A DNA stretch of 64,000 nucleotides, taken from positions 1,434,294-1,498,293 of the forward strand of contig BCKZ01000002.1 in the NCBI GenBank assembly GCA_001600815.1. Direction: 5' to 3'. Made by a program: the position numbers and the translations under genes. This document shows, piece by piece, positions 12,201 to 23,853 of this stretch. The notes beneath the pieces are model-generated. The model did no database searches, had not been told where the DNA came from, and saw only the letters and a list, made by a program, of their open reading frames with translations. Every line of letters starts with the position of its first letter. The first letter of the stretch is position 1. The DNA is from Alloascoidea hylecoeti. Its lineage: Eukaryota.

Positions 12201-15200
12201 TCTTACTGCCACCATTATTAGGAGTAATAGAGCACGATAAATCTCCTCAAAGAACAAATGCTTTGAAAGTTTTACGATCTTTTGTTGTCTTCGGTGCAAA
12301 TATCCAAGAATATGCACATCTTGTAATCCCTAATATCATTACATTGGTCGAAACGAGCCCCATCCAAAGACATGCAATTGAATGCATAGGCTGTATTTCA
12401 AAAACAGTAAATATTTCTGATTTCTCATCAAGAATCGTTCAATCATTAATCAGGGTATTAAAGTCTAAGATTACGGAAGCGGTCAAAAGTGCAGCTTGTA
12501 ATACTCTATCATTGTTATTACTGAATATGAATAAAGAATTCTTAGTGTATGTGCCGCAAATATCAAAGGTATTACAGGAACAAAAAATCAAAGCTAACGT
12601 CTACCAACAATTAGTCAATAAATTATTGAATGATGAACCGTTACCTTCTAATTTGATCCTGGAGAGAAGCTTCTTCGAAACAGATGATGTTCCAATTGTT
12701 CAAGCTGAAATACCATCAAAAAAACTACCAGTTAATCAACATGTTTTGAAGAATGCCTTTGAAGTAAGCCAAAGATTAACTAGAGATGATTGGCAGGAAT
12801 GGATAAGAAGATTATCAGTTGAGTTATTGAAAGAAAGTCCTTCTCATGCTTTAAGAGCATGTGCAGGTTTGGCAAGTCAATATACCCCTTTAGCAAGAGA
12901 TCTCTTTAATACCTCCTTTATTTCTTGTTGGTGTGAATTATATACACCCGAGCAAGAGCAAATTATCAAAAGTTTAGAAATTGCTTTAGCTTCCCCCAAC
13001 AATCCTCCTGAAATTAGACAAACAATTCTTAATCTCATAGAATTCACAGAACATGATGCGAATTCCGAAAAAGGTTTAAATATTAATATTACAAAACTTG
13101 GTAATTATGCTTTAAGATCGCATGCTTTTGCTAAAGCGCTTCATTACAAAGAATTAGAATTCATGCAAGAAGCAAACACAAATGTGATCGAATCACTTAT
13201 TTCAATTAATAATAATTTAGGGATTAGTGATGCCGCTATTGGTATTTTACTACAATCCCAACAAAATACAAATCTTCAACTAAAAGAAACGTGGTATGAA
13301 AAACTTCACCGTTGGGAAGAGGCATTGAGAGCATATAATGATCGTGCAGTTAATGAACCAAATTCAATTGAAGTATTACTAGGTAAATTAAGATGTTATC
13401 ATGCTTTAGCACAATGGGAGCAATTGACCCAGCTAGCACAAGAAAAATGGACAACTAGTTCAAGTGATCTAAAAAGATCTATCGCTCCACTTGCTGCTGC
13501 TGCTGCATGGGGAATGGGTCAATGGGATAAAATGGATACATATATTAATGTTATGAAACCTGATTCACCGGACAGAGCATTCTTTCAATCAATTCTATTA
13601 GTTCATCGCAATAATTTCGAAGAGGGATCAAAATATATTATGCAGGCTAGAGATTTATTAGCAACTGAGGTTACGGCCTTGGCATCCGAAAGTTATAATA
13701 GAGCTTATGGTGTAATTGTCAGAATTCAAATGTTGGCTGAATTGGAAGAAATTATAAAATATAAGCGTTTACCTTCAAACTCAGAAGACAGATTAGTAAT
13801 CCGCAAAACGTGGAATTCGAGATTAATGGGATGCCAAAGAAATGTTGAAATATGGCAAAGAATGTTAAAGATTAGACTATTGGTTGTGAACCCTAAGCAT
13901 GATATTGAGATCTGGATTAAATTTGCGAATTTGTGTCGTAAATCAAATCGTATGGGAATGGCGGAAAAAGCACTAAACTCTTTGATAGAGCCAGGACATG
14001 CAGAACAACAAATTGCACCAAGAGCTCCTCCACAAGTGTTTTATGCCCAACTTAAATACATGTGGGCAACTGGCGCCAAAACCGAAGCATTAAGCCATTT
14101 AATTGACTTCACTAGTCAAATGAGCGCAGATCTTGGATTAAATTCACAGGATCTTGTTAGCCAACCTTTACCTTCAAATGGGAACGATAATGTCTACACA
14201 AAACTACTAGCCAGATGCTTTTTAAAACAGGGTGAATGGCAAGTTGCCTTACAAGATGATTGGAGAACTACAAATTCGGTTTCAATTCTCCAATGCTATC
14301 TTTTAGCAACACATTTTGACAGAAATTGGTACAAGGCATGGCATAATTGGGCTCTTGCTAATTTCGAAGTTATTTCAATGTACAGCAATAGAAGTGAATT
14401 TGTATCAACAACAAGTGCTGCTGATGCCCCAGCTATATCCTCAGCAAGAGCATCTGAACTAGTTGACGGGTTCCCCTTAGAATTAGTTCAGCAACATGTT
14501 GTACCAGCTATTAAATGTTTTTTCCATTCGATTGCGTTATCAGAGACAAACTCTTTACAAGATACACTACGGTTACTAACATTATGGTTTAAATTCGGTG
14601 GAATACCCGAAGCTGCCCAAGCAATTAATGAAGGATTTGGTATGGTTAAAATTGATAATTGGCTTGAAGTTATCCCTCAACTGATATCCCAAATTCATCA
14701 ACCAAATCCAACAGTTGGTAGAGCACTTCATTCATTACTTGCTGATATAGGTAAAGCACATCCACAAGCACTTGTCTATCCGTTAGCCGTTGCTATTAAA
14801 TCAGATAGTGTAACACGACAACGAGCAGCTTTAAACATTGTTGAAAAGATGAGGGTTCATAGCCAAGTTTTGGTAGATCAAGCTGAACTAGTCAGTCACG
14901 AATTAATAAGGGTTGCAGTCACATGGCACGAACTCTGGCACGAGGGTCTTGAAGATGCATCAAGAGTGTTCTTTGCTGAACATAATGTTGACCAGATGTT
15001 TAAAATATTGGATCCATTACACAAATTATTAGAACGAGGACCAGAGACAATGAACGAAACTTCTTTCCAGATTGCGTATGGTAGGGAGTTGCATAATGCA
15101 AAAGAATGGACACAAAACTATAAACGAACCCAAGACTCTGGTAGCTTAAACCAAGCTTGGGATATTTATTATACTTTATTTAGGAAAATTTCTCATCAAT

Positions 15201-16393
15201 TACTTCAAATACTAACATTAGACTTACAATCCTTTTCACCAAAGTTATTAGCTGTCAAAGAATTAGAGCTTGCTATTCCTGGAACATATGTTCCTGGCCA
15301 GCCAATTATAAAAATCCATAAATTCGATCCAACACTTTCGGTCATTTCTTCAAAGCAAAGACCTAGAAAGCTGTCTGTTGCTGCAAGTAATGGGGTAACA
15401 TATTTTTTCGTTTTGAAAGGTAAAGAAGATTTAAGACAAGACTCAATTGCAATTCAAGTGATGCAATTAGTTAATTCGATTCTTTTGAGACAGCAAGAAT
15501 GTTTAAAAAGGCATTTGGATATTCAAACATTCCCTGTAATACCATTATCACCAAAATCTGGGTTAATTGGTTGGGTACCGAATAGTGATACATTCCATGT
15601 TTTAATACGTGAATATAGAGAATCAAGAAAAATTTTATTAAATATTGAGCATCGAATAATGTTACAGATGTCACCTAATTTTGATGTCTTAACATTATTA
15701 CAAAAAGTTGAAGTTTTCACTTATGCTTTGGATAATACAAGAGGGCAGGATTTACAAAAGATTTTATGGCTAAAATCTAAATCTTCTGAGTCATGGCTAG
15801 ATAGGCGAACAAATTACACAAGATCGTTGGCTGTCATGTCGATGGTTGGCTATATTCTTGGTTTAGGTGATAGACATCCATCTAACTTGATGTTAGATAG
15901 AATCACAGGTAAAGTGATTCATATTGATTTTGGAGATTGTTTCGAAGCTGCAATTTTAAGAGAAAAATACCCAGAAAAAGTACCATTTAGATTAACAAGA
16001 ATGTTAACATATGCAATGGAAGTTTCTGGAATTGAAGGTAGTTTTAGAATTACTTGTGTTAATGTTATGAAGGTGTTAAGAGATAATAAGGAAAGTTTGA
16101 TGGCTATTCTCGAAGCTTTTGCATATGATCCTTTAATTAATTGGTCTTTAGATATTCCCAATACTTTATTGGAGAAATATTATCATAATGAGAATCAAAA
16201 GCCAACAGATGTGGAAATAAGAGATGCAAGAGCAGCCCTCGTATTGAAAAGAATTAATGATAAGTTAACAGGTAATGATTTCAAGAGATTTAGGGACTTG
16301 GTTGTTGGGGCGCAGGTTGATAAACTGATCCAACAGGCAACTTCTGTCGAAAACTTGTGTCAACATTATGTTGGGTGGTGTTCATTTTGGTAA
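9217..16393 (+). CDS. TOR: TOR PIKK-family kinase (exons 9217-9275, 9344-10363, 10423-16393; ~2349 aa)
   Basis: HEAT repeats, FAT, FRB (WHEGLEDASR), kinase GLGDRHPSN and HIDFGD, FATC LCQHYVGWCSFW. Introns GTATGT..AAG (9276-9343) and GTATGC..TAG (10364-10422) join the two long ORFs in frame. TOR1 vs TOR2 cannot be assigned. Confidence 0.96.
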
Positions 16394-16501
16394 AAATGTT
16401 AATAATTATTAAAGTAAAAGTTGTTAACATTATAATTAATACGCATATATAAATGACGTACCATGATTAATTAGAGCAGTTATAAGTAGTGTAATTGTAT
16501 A

Positions 16502-17128
16502 CTATTCATACAGTTGATTTATTAACTTTTTAACAATTTGACCCCACTTTGTTAATAGAGGATGTTCATTTGTCCTTAACACTGGTCCCTTGTCATAATA
16601 TTGATACGATAAAACATTTACTATATTGAATTGTTTTACCGCATTATCCAGTAATTTTTTAATATCAGTATGGTGTATATCGATCTCATCAATATTATTA
16701 GATTGATCTAGGGCAACCTCAGATTCAGATTCACTACCATAAGTAGTTCTTTCCCTTTGTCCTTGATTTTGTTTCTGTCTTGTTGTATCAACAAGTTCGG
16801 GGTGCTCTTCTAAAAACTTTATAATGCCTTGCAATTTCCCAATTATTTCCCCAAATTTTAATGCTAGCGAAGCGCCATGAGGAAATCCATCATCAAATCC
16901 TTTTTGCATGCTTGTCTCTTTAACATAGGTTATACCATCAACGTACCCTTCATTATAATGTTTATGCCGTAGAGATGCCAAAGTAGGGTTTTTATTTATA
17001 TGGCCATTACCATCAGAGCCAAACGAATTATTTCCTACATAAGTATCATCATTCAACCAGATATCATCATCGTCTAGTTCAGTTTCTACAACATTAGTGT
17101 TCAGCAATTGATTTGCCAAAGAATCCAT
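16502..17128 (-). CDS. YAE1: Yae1 family protein (Fe-S targeting adaptor for Rli1)
   Basis: Gly-repeat motif HYNEGYVDGITYVKETSMQKGFDDGFPHGASLALKFGEIIG, preceded by DDIW. Confidence 0.8.
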   Translation of the reverse strand: MDSLANQLLNTNVVETELDDDDIWLNDDTYVGNNSFGSDGNGHINKNPTLASLRHKHYNEGYVDGITYVKETSMQKGFDDGFPHGASLALKFGEIIGKLQGIIKFLEEHPELVDTTRQKQNQGQRERTTYGSESESEVALDQSNNIDEIDIHHTDIKKLLDNAVKQFNIVNVLSYQYYDKGPVLRTNEHPLLTKWGQIVKKLINQLYE

Positions 17129-17400
17129 TTTTATTTGGTATGATGCCTACAATATTTTTCTTGTTAAGAGCGACGATTCCCGGGATACGCTCGATGAAAC
17201 TTCCGGATCATCGTTGGCTTCTCCACATTCGGAGAAATGGACAAAGATACGGTTTTTCAGCTTTGAAGACAAATAAAAGTCGTCGCATTTTCCTCCGGTT
17301 TATTGACAATTTCCGCAAAGTTATATTTACTTATGCTTCGGTGAATTTAACTGACTCACTCTAAATTTCCGAATACATCTCCCTTCTCTAATTTTTGTAA

Positions 17401-18792
17401 ATGTCACTCAACAAATCTATCAAACATTATGCAAAGTTTAATCCCACCCTTCTGTCTCTACCCCAATTGGCTAGGTTTGGTATGAAACCATCTTTACCAC
17501 AATTATACCGTTCTTCCCTATTTCTTACCGAAGAACTTCCAGTGCGAATATCACATAGAATTAATGATCTACGACGATTGCCTGAAGATGTTGGGAAACA
17601 ACCTTCAATAGTGAAAGTCGAAAAATGGTACGAGGAAAGTTTTAATGAGTTATTAGAATTCAAAAGCATGACACACGATAAATATATAACTCCTGATTTA
17701 AAGAAACAACTGCTTAAAGCAAGCTTTCAATTTGGTATTCTGAAAAAGACAAAACCCGATTTAGATGATTATAAACTCCATTTACAAGATATAAATAAAA
17801 GAGATGACATTGATAGAAATTTAATGATTATTGAGAAGTCGTGGCATGATAAAGTTTCCATAAACATTAGGAATATTTTACATCGTTTGGTAAACTATTA
17901 TTCACCAACAACGGATTCAGAATGGCCAAATGAAGTATTGGAATATATCATGGAATTTTCGGAATTAATAACTAAATTAAGAAAAAGACATGATCCTGTT
18001 GTACCAACAATGGCAGAAGGTATCAAAGAATATACAGCCCAGAGATCTACGCCAGTTGATTCTCAAACTCAAATACTAATAAATTCATTCCTAGACCGTT
18101 TTTATTCGACTCGTATTGGTATGCGGATATTGGTTAGTCAGCATATTGCATTATGCGATTTAGGTACTGGGAAATTTCAAGGCCAACAATTAAAAAGATT
18201 GATGGATGCTGGATATGTTGGAATAGTGTGTACGAGAATGAATTTAAAATTGATGACTCACGAGGCTATTGAATTAGCAAGACAAATGTGTGAAGATTGG
18301 TATGGATTATTTGACGCTCCAGAAGTTGAACTAATATGTGATCCAAATCTCGAAATAATGTATATACCAGGTCATTTGAATCATATGATTTTTGAAGTTG
18401 TTAAAAATTCATTAAGAGCAACGGTTGAACTTCATGGGTCTGATTTTGATGGACCTAAAAATTATCCTAAAATCCGTGTTATTGTCACTAATGGAACTGA
18501 AGATATTACAATTAAAATATCTGATCAAGGTGGTGGTATACCACGAAGTCATGTGTCGAAAGTATGGAATTATTTATTCACAACGGTTAAAAATACACCG
18601 ATTTTAAGTCCTGACTTTAGTCAAGATATGATGGGTGCACCAATGGCTGGATTTGGATACGGTCTTCCCGTTAGTAGATTATATGCTAGATATTTTGGAG
18701 GTGATGTTCAGTTGATTAGTATGGAGGGTTATGGAACTGATGTTTACTTGCATTTGAATAAATTAACTCATTTTATTGAGCCCTTGGCTTAA
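17401..18792 (+). CDS. Mitochondrial pyruvate dehydrogenase kinase (PDK/BCKDK family)
   Basis: ELPVRISHR, FLDRFYSTRIGMRIL, N-box FEVVKNSLRAT, G1 ISDQGGGIP, G2 MAGFGYGLPVSRLYARYFGG. Confidence 0.92.
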   Translation: MSLNKSIKHYAKFNPTLLSLPQLARFGMKPSLPQLYRSSLFLTEELPVRISHRINDLRRLPEDVGKQPSIVKVEKWYEESFNELLEFKSMTHDKYITPDLKKQLLKASFQFGILKKTKPDLDDYKLHLQDINKRDDIDRNLMIIEKSWHDKVSINIRNILHRLVNYYSPTTDSEWPNEVLEYIMEFSELITKLRKRHDPVVPTMAEGIKEYTAQRSTPVDSQTQILINSFLDRFYSTRIGMRILVSQHIALCDLGTGKFQGQQLKRLMDAGYVGIVCTRMNLKLMTHEAIELARQMCEDWYGLFDAPEVELICDPNLEIMYIPGHLNHMIFEVVKNSLRATVELHGSDFDGPKNYPKIRVIVTNGTEDITIKISDQGGGIPRSHVSKVWNYLFTTVKNTPILSPDFSQDMMGAPMAGFGYGLPVSRLYARYFGGDVQLISMEGYGTDVYLHLNKLTHFIEPLA

Positions 18793-19929
18793 TTAGATTT
18801 TGTCATACAATTGACCCCTATTTTCTAATTTGTTTTACTTTGCAATTTTCTATTTATTTTGTTTCACGCTATTGGGCGAACTTGATGGTGAAGGCTATAT
18901 TAACATTTATATATTATTTAAAAGATCATTAATCATAGCTTTAAGTTTATCAGAAGCCGCCGATATAAAAAGTTTGTTTTTCTTCTATAACTTATATTGA
19001 TACCATTTCTTTTTGTTTATAGTATTAGTTAAATATTACCTATTTATTACATATGTTATAACATAATCTATCATATATATAGTTAACATTATTAATTAAA
19101 AAAATTGTGTATATATTTTCTTAAAATTGCAAGGATATAAATTTTAGATCTAAACTGTATTAGTTCATGTATTAAGTTAGCTAGTGGTAGTGACTATTTG
19201 TATAAGTATTTATATGATACAAACTCTTCCCTTTTTTAATTTAAATTAATCATTCGTCCAGATCTTTACAATCTAGATCTTTACCTCATTTGCAATTGGT
19301 ATAAATATTATAAAAAATCTTAAAGTTAACAAGCCAGTTAGTCTCCTGTTTCATTTTGGGGGGTTAATAATTTAGTATGAATAAAGATTTAACTATCTAA
19401 TATATATTTCTGTCAGATAAGTATTATATTTCTACTCTTACTAAATGTTTTATGCTAATGTTAATCATATAGCGATACAGTGTTTCTACTTAATTTAAGC
19501 CTTCCATTTAAATAATCGACCATCACCCTCACTAAATTTTACCTGCCCATACTTTTCCTCTAGATTTTCGACTATATTTTAGTATAATACTAATAGGTAT
19601 ACCATATACCATAATCTCTAGAATTTACGGAACATTATATATGTCTTATTTTAAGAACTGTTTAAGGCCTTGTAAACTATTCAATGGGTGTTATAAAATA
19701 CGATTTTGTTTTTGGAGGGTCAGAATCACCAACTTAAGTCTTTAACCGACTGTAGCTGGTACTTATATCGATATCTTCTACTGTGAATGCCAGATATAGT
19801 TTTCCATATATGCTTTTTTGGTTCACTCTGAAACTTAAAACACAATTTATAAACATAAAATCCCGATTAAAGGACCAATTCCCAGGAAAATACTACTAAT
19901 TATAAATAAAATCCAAATGACGTTCATTA

Positions 19930-21280
19930 ACCTGTCCAAATATCACTGGAGACAATTCTGATAGTCAATATGTAAAATTGATGTTCCCTCCTCTTGCAGT
20001 TACAACTAGTTTTAGTCGCTTCCCTTGAATCCTGTAGGCAAACCATATTAATCTTCAAATCTTTCAATTCATTAACTAGTTTCAAAAAAAATTTCAGCTA
20101 AATTATCAACAGCTCTTTCTAAATCTGCTTGATTATTTTCAAATATAGCTGTTAAGTTTTTATTCCTTGGTAAATAAAATGCAAAAGTATAGGCCCATTT
20201 TAATGTTTTCCTATATTTCGTTAAAATATCCCAATTGTTGTAGAAATTGTACGTCGGCCCATGACATACCATCATCTATCAACATTTCGATTTTCTCTCG
20301 TATATCATTTGCTAGTTCCATATCGATTTTATTGGATTCCTCGTGATTTTTATAATGTTGATCGTAATAATGTGAATGCATTGTTACTTCTAACATAGAG
20401 GTTTCGGCACTCGTTCTTTTTTGCCATCACCTTTACCAGTATAAAATAACTATTTTTTGGATCATCGACTTTAAACAATACTTTAACTTGTTTGCATGGT
20501 GCTGGTTCATGGGATTCATTTGATCCACAACCAAGACAAAATTCATGACCTGTTGTACATTTTACTGTTGGAATTATTTTTTGGAACTCTCTCCCACTCT
20601 GGTCCAAATACGCTGCATTCAACAGCATTTGGACAATTTGGAATGGACACCAATGAATATTATTTCTAATTTTAACAAATGACTAAAATATTCCAAATAT
20701 TTGTTAAAATAATCTTCTAAAACTATTTGCTTGATATTATTTTCAAATAATGTGACTTTGCAATTTGTGTTAGGGCATTTTACTAAACTGATATTTCTTT
20801 GATCGATTTTTCCTTCGATATACGTTCGATAACAATTAATGCAAAATTTATGTTCACATGATAAAAAACGGATACCAAATCCTCACCACCACAACATATA
20901 AGACACATAAAATCAGGTGGCTCTTTTATGATTTTAATTCCATCAAATGTTGGAATTCCATTTTTGTTTAAAAACACACCGGCTTTTTGTAGGTGTCCGC
21001 TCATAATTTTCATAATATGACTCAACTAATCGATCACCATTCCAAGACCAAAAGTCCAGTTGATTCATCAACTCCCAGTATTTCCTTTATTTTACTAGTT
21101 TCTTGCTCAAGCGAATCCAGGTCCTGTGGCGTTAGATGTTTATATTTTATTTTATGTGTAATTATAATCGTTTGTTGGACTTTTGCAGTCCAAATTTAAA
21201 CCTTCAACGTTTTCATCACCATTAGTAACATGTTCTTCATCAGAAGGTACTTCAAATTTAATTAATTTGTTATCGGCCAT
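19930..21280 (-). pseudogene. Decayed Ariadne/Hel1-type RBR E3 ubiquitin ligase
   Basis: Fragments lie in different frames: RING1 (CLICC / CEHKFCINCY / KCPNTNC), IBR (WCP / PNCPNAVEC / CTTGHEFCLGC / HEPAPC) and Ariadne domain (GMSWADVQFL, RKTLKWAYTFAFYL, IFENNQADLERAVDNL). There are many frameshifts, and RING2 is not visible. Ends are approximate. Confidence 0.85.
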
Positions 21281-21780
21281 AGGAAAGATTGTCTACTTAT
21301 GAATAAAAGATTTTATAAAAATATGATATCAAAAAGCAAGTATAATTCATAATGTGCAATGTTATGCATGTTCCAAAACAGGTATTAAAGGTTAATATAT
21401 ATAGCCAACGGTGAACCTGCACCTGAATTGATGCTTTGACGGAGAATTAGTGAGTCCTTCAATTTCGAAGAGTAACGGGGCCTGAGGAAATTTGATTACA
21501 CAAATCCCTTGGTTACAGAATTTGGATTAACAATTGGGGAGGGCACATAGTGTGGAGAAAGAGGTACTTCACGGTTAGAACGTAATGACCATAATTTATC
21601 AGGATCGGAGTCAGAATCAAAAGACGAAAAAAGAGCAATCTTGCTTGGGTACTTAAAAGTGAAGCCTACAGAAGGATCTACAACTTCAGTGGGGTGTTTT
21701 AGCTATGAATAATTCAGGACTCTCTCAGAACAATATAACTTTATAATGAGAGGGCAGAAACTTATCCATATATGGGTGCA

Positions 21781-21879
21781 TCATGTGGCCGAAATTTTAG
21801 TTTCAACGGGCCGACATATATTTACTCACAAGGCCGAACCTTAGAGTCGCATGGCCGAATATCAAGTGTATCAAATGTA
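21781..21879 (-). repeat. Reverse-oriented degenerate copy of the same repeat
   Basis: Minus strand reads CACTTGATATTCGGCCAT..GGTTCGGCC..TGTCGGCC..TTTCGGCCACATGA; TTCGGCCACATGA also occurs at 61465-61477. Confidence 0.55.
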
Positions 21880-21963
21880 ATCGTTACAACACAACACACA
21901 CATTAAAAAACTTTTTCAAAAGTTATTTTTTTTAAATCTCTTCTTCAAAAATTCAATTCAAAA

Positions 21964-23600
21964 ATGGTGAAAAATGATCCAGAAAATAGAGAACTAAGTA
22001 AAAATGAGAAGAAATACAGGAGAGCTCCAACAGCTGTTAACCTTTCGCGGAAGGTATGTTTTTATTTCATTTAACTTGATCTGAATTATCACTAACTGAT
22101 TTTCATCTCATCAAGGCTGTCCACAATAAAAGACTAAGGAATAATCTCAAACAAATGAATCAAAAATTCGATGATGCTGCTGCATCAGCAGCTCGGACTG
22201 AAATTCTTCTCCAAGAAGAAAAAGGTTATATTGAGGCTGAAGGGATGGAGAGAACCTTTAAATTCAAGCAACAGGATATTAAGGAAGCAGTTGACATTAC
22301 AACAGCTAAAAAATCCTTCGATTTAAATCTTACTGATTTTGGCCCATATCGATTGGACTATACTAGAAATGGTAGAGAGTTATTAATTGCAGGATCAAAG
22401 GGACATGTAGCAACTTTTGACTGGAAGAGTGGTAAACTAGGCTGTGAAGTCCATTTAAACGAAACAGTAAGAGATATAAAATGGCTCCATAACAATCAAT
22501 TCTTTGCTGTTGCACAGAAGAAATACACGTTTATATATGATCATACTGGTGCTGAAGTCCACAGACTAAAACAGCATGTTGAAGCTACCAGATTAGAATT
22601 TTTACCTTATCATTTCCTAATGGTATCGGGTGGAAACACAGGCTATTTGAAATATCATGATGTTTCTACTGGTCAGTTAGTTTCTGAAATACGAACAAAA
22701 TTAGGGCCTACAGTGTCAATGAAGCAAAATCCTTATAATGCTGTAGTACATTGTGGACATTCGAATGGTACTGTTACATTATGGGCGCCGACTATGTCCA
22801 CACCATTAGCTAAACTTTTCACTTGTCGAGGAGTAGTGCGTGACCTGGCAATAGATAGAACCGGTCGATATATGGTTGCTGCTGGTTCAGATCGAACTGT
22901 TAAAGTGTGGGATATCCGAAACTTCAAAGAATTGCAAACTTATGTTTGTCCAACACCCGCAAGTTCAATTGATATTTCAGATACTGGGCTACTTTCTGTT
23001 GGATGGGGACCACATATTAGTATTTGGAAAGATGCATTTACAACCAAACAACATTCACCATACTTAACACATCTTCTACCTGGATCAACAGTTGTCGATA
23101 ACCAATTTTGTCCCTTTGAAGATGCTTTGGGTGTAGGGCATGAAAATGGGTTCTCAAGTTTAATTGTACCTGGTTCTGGTGAACCAAATTTCGATGCTTT
23201 GGAAATCAATCCTTATGAAACCACAAAACAAAGACAAACTACTGAAGTTAGGTCATTGCTAAATAAACTCTCTCCTGATATGATCACATTAGATCCAAAT
23301 ACTATTGGATCCTTGGATAAAACAGCAAATGATGAAAGAACACGATATGAAAATCTACAGGAAAGAAAGGAAAAGAAAATGGATATTAGAATAGATGTTA
23401 AAGCCAAGAATTCTTCTATTAGGAAACACTTGCGAAAAAAAAATAAAACGATTATTGACCAGCGCAAGAAAATTCTTGAAGCTAGGCTTCAGAAAGAGAA
23501 GGACTTACGAAGGAGAAAAGCAATGGAAAAGAAAGGAATTGAAACGCATGATGTTTTGGATAATGCTCTTGACAGATTTAAAGCCAAAGAAAAATACTAA
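21964..23600 (+). CDS. UTP7: U3 snoRNP WD40/BING4 protein Utp7 (exons 21964-22053, 22116-23600; ~524 aa)
   Basis: GYIEAEGMERTFK, FFAVAQKKY, LEFLPYHFL and GSGEPNFDALEINPYET. Phase-0 intron GTATGT..CACTAAC..CAAG. Confidence 0.94.
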
Positions 23601-23853
23601 GCACCTAAACTAAAGTCAAACTATAAATATATATCTTTTCCTTTTCCTTTAATGTAAAACGTAATGTAAAACTAAATGCAATTAATATATATATTTATAT
23701 AATACTTTTTACACAATGTTTCCTGTTTTTCATTAATGTGAATTTTATTATTAAAACAGTTCTATAATATGCTGCTAGAATCAACTATTTAACTTAGAGC
23801 TTCCTTTCCATTTTCGATTATATATTTGGTTCTAAACATATATACCTAATCAT

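Noticed and set aside
21500..21705. ~65-codon minus-strand open frame with protein-like composition
   Set aside because: No start codon or valid splice donor was found and I recognise no homology. It may be a relic but cannot be supported.
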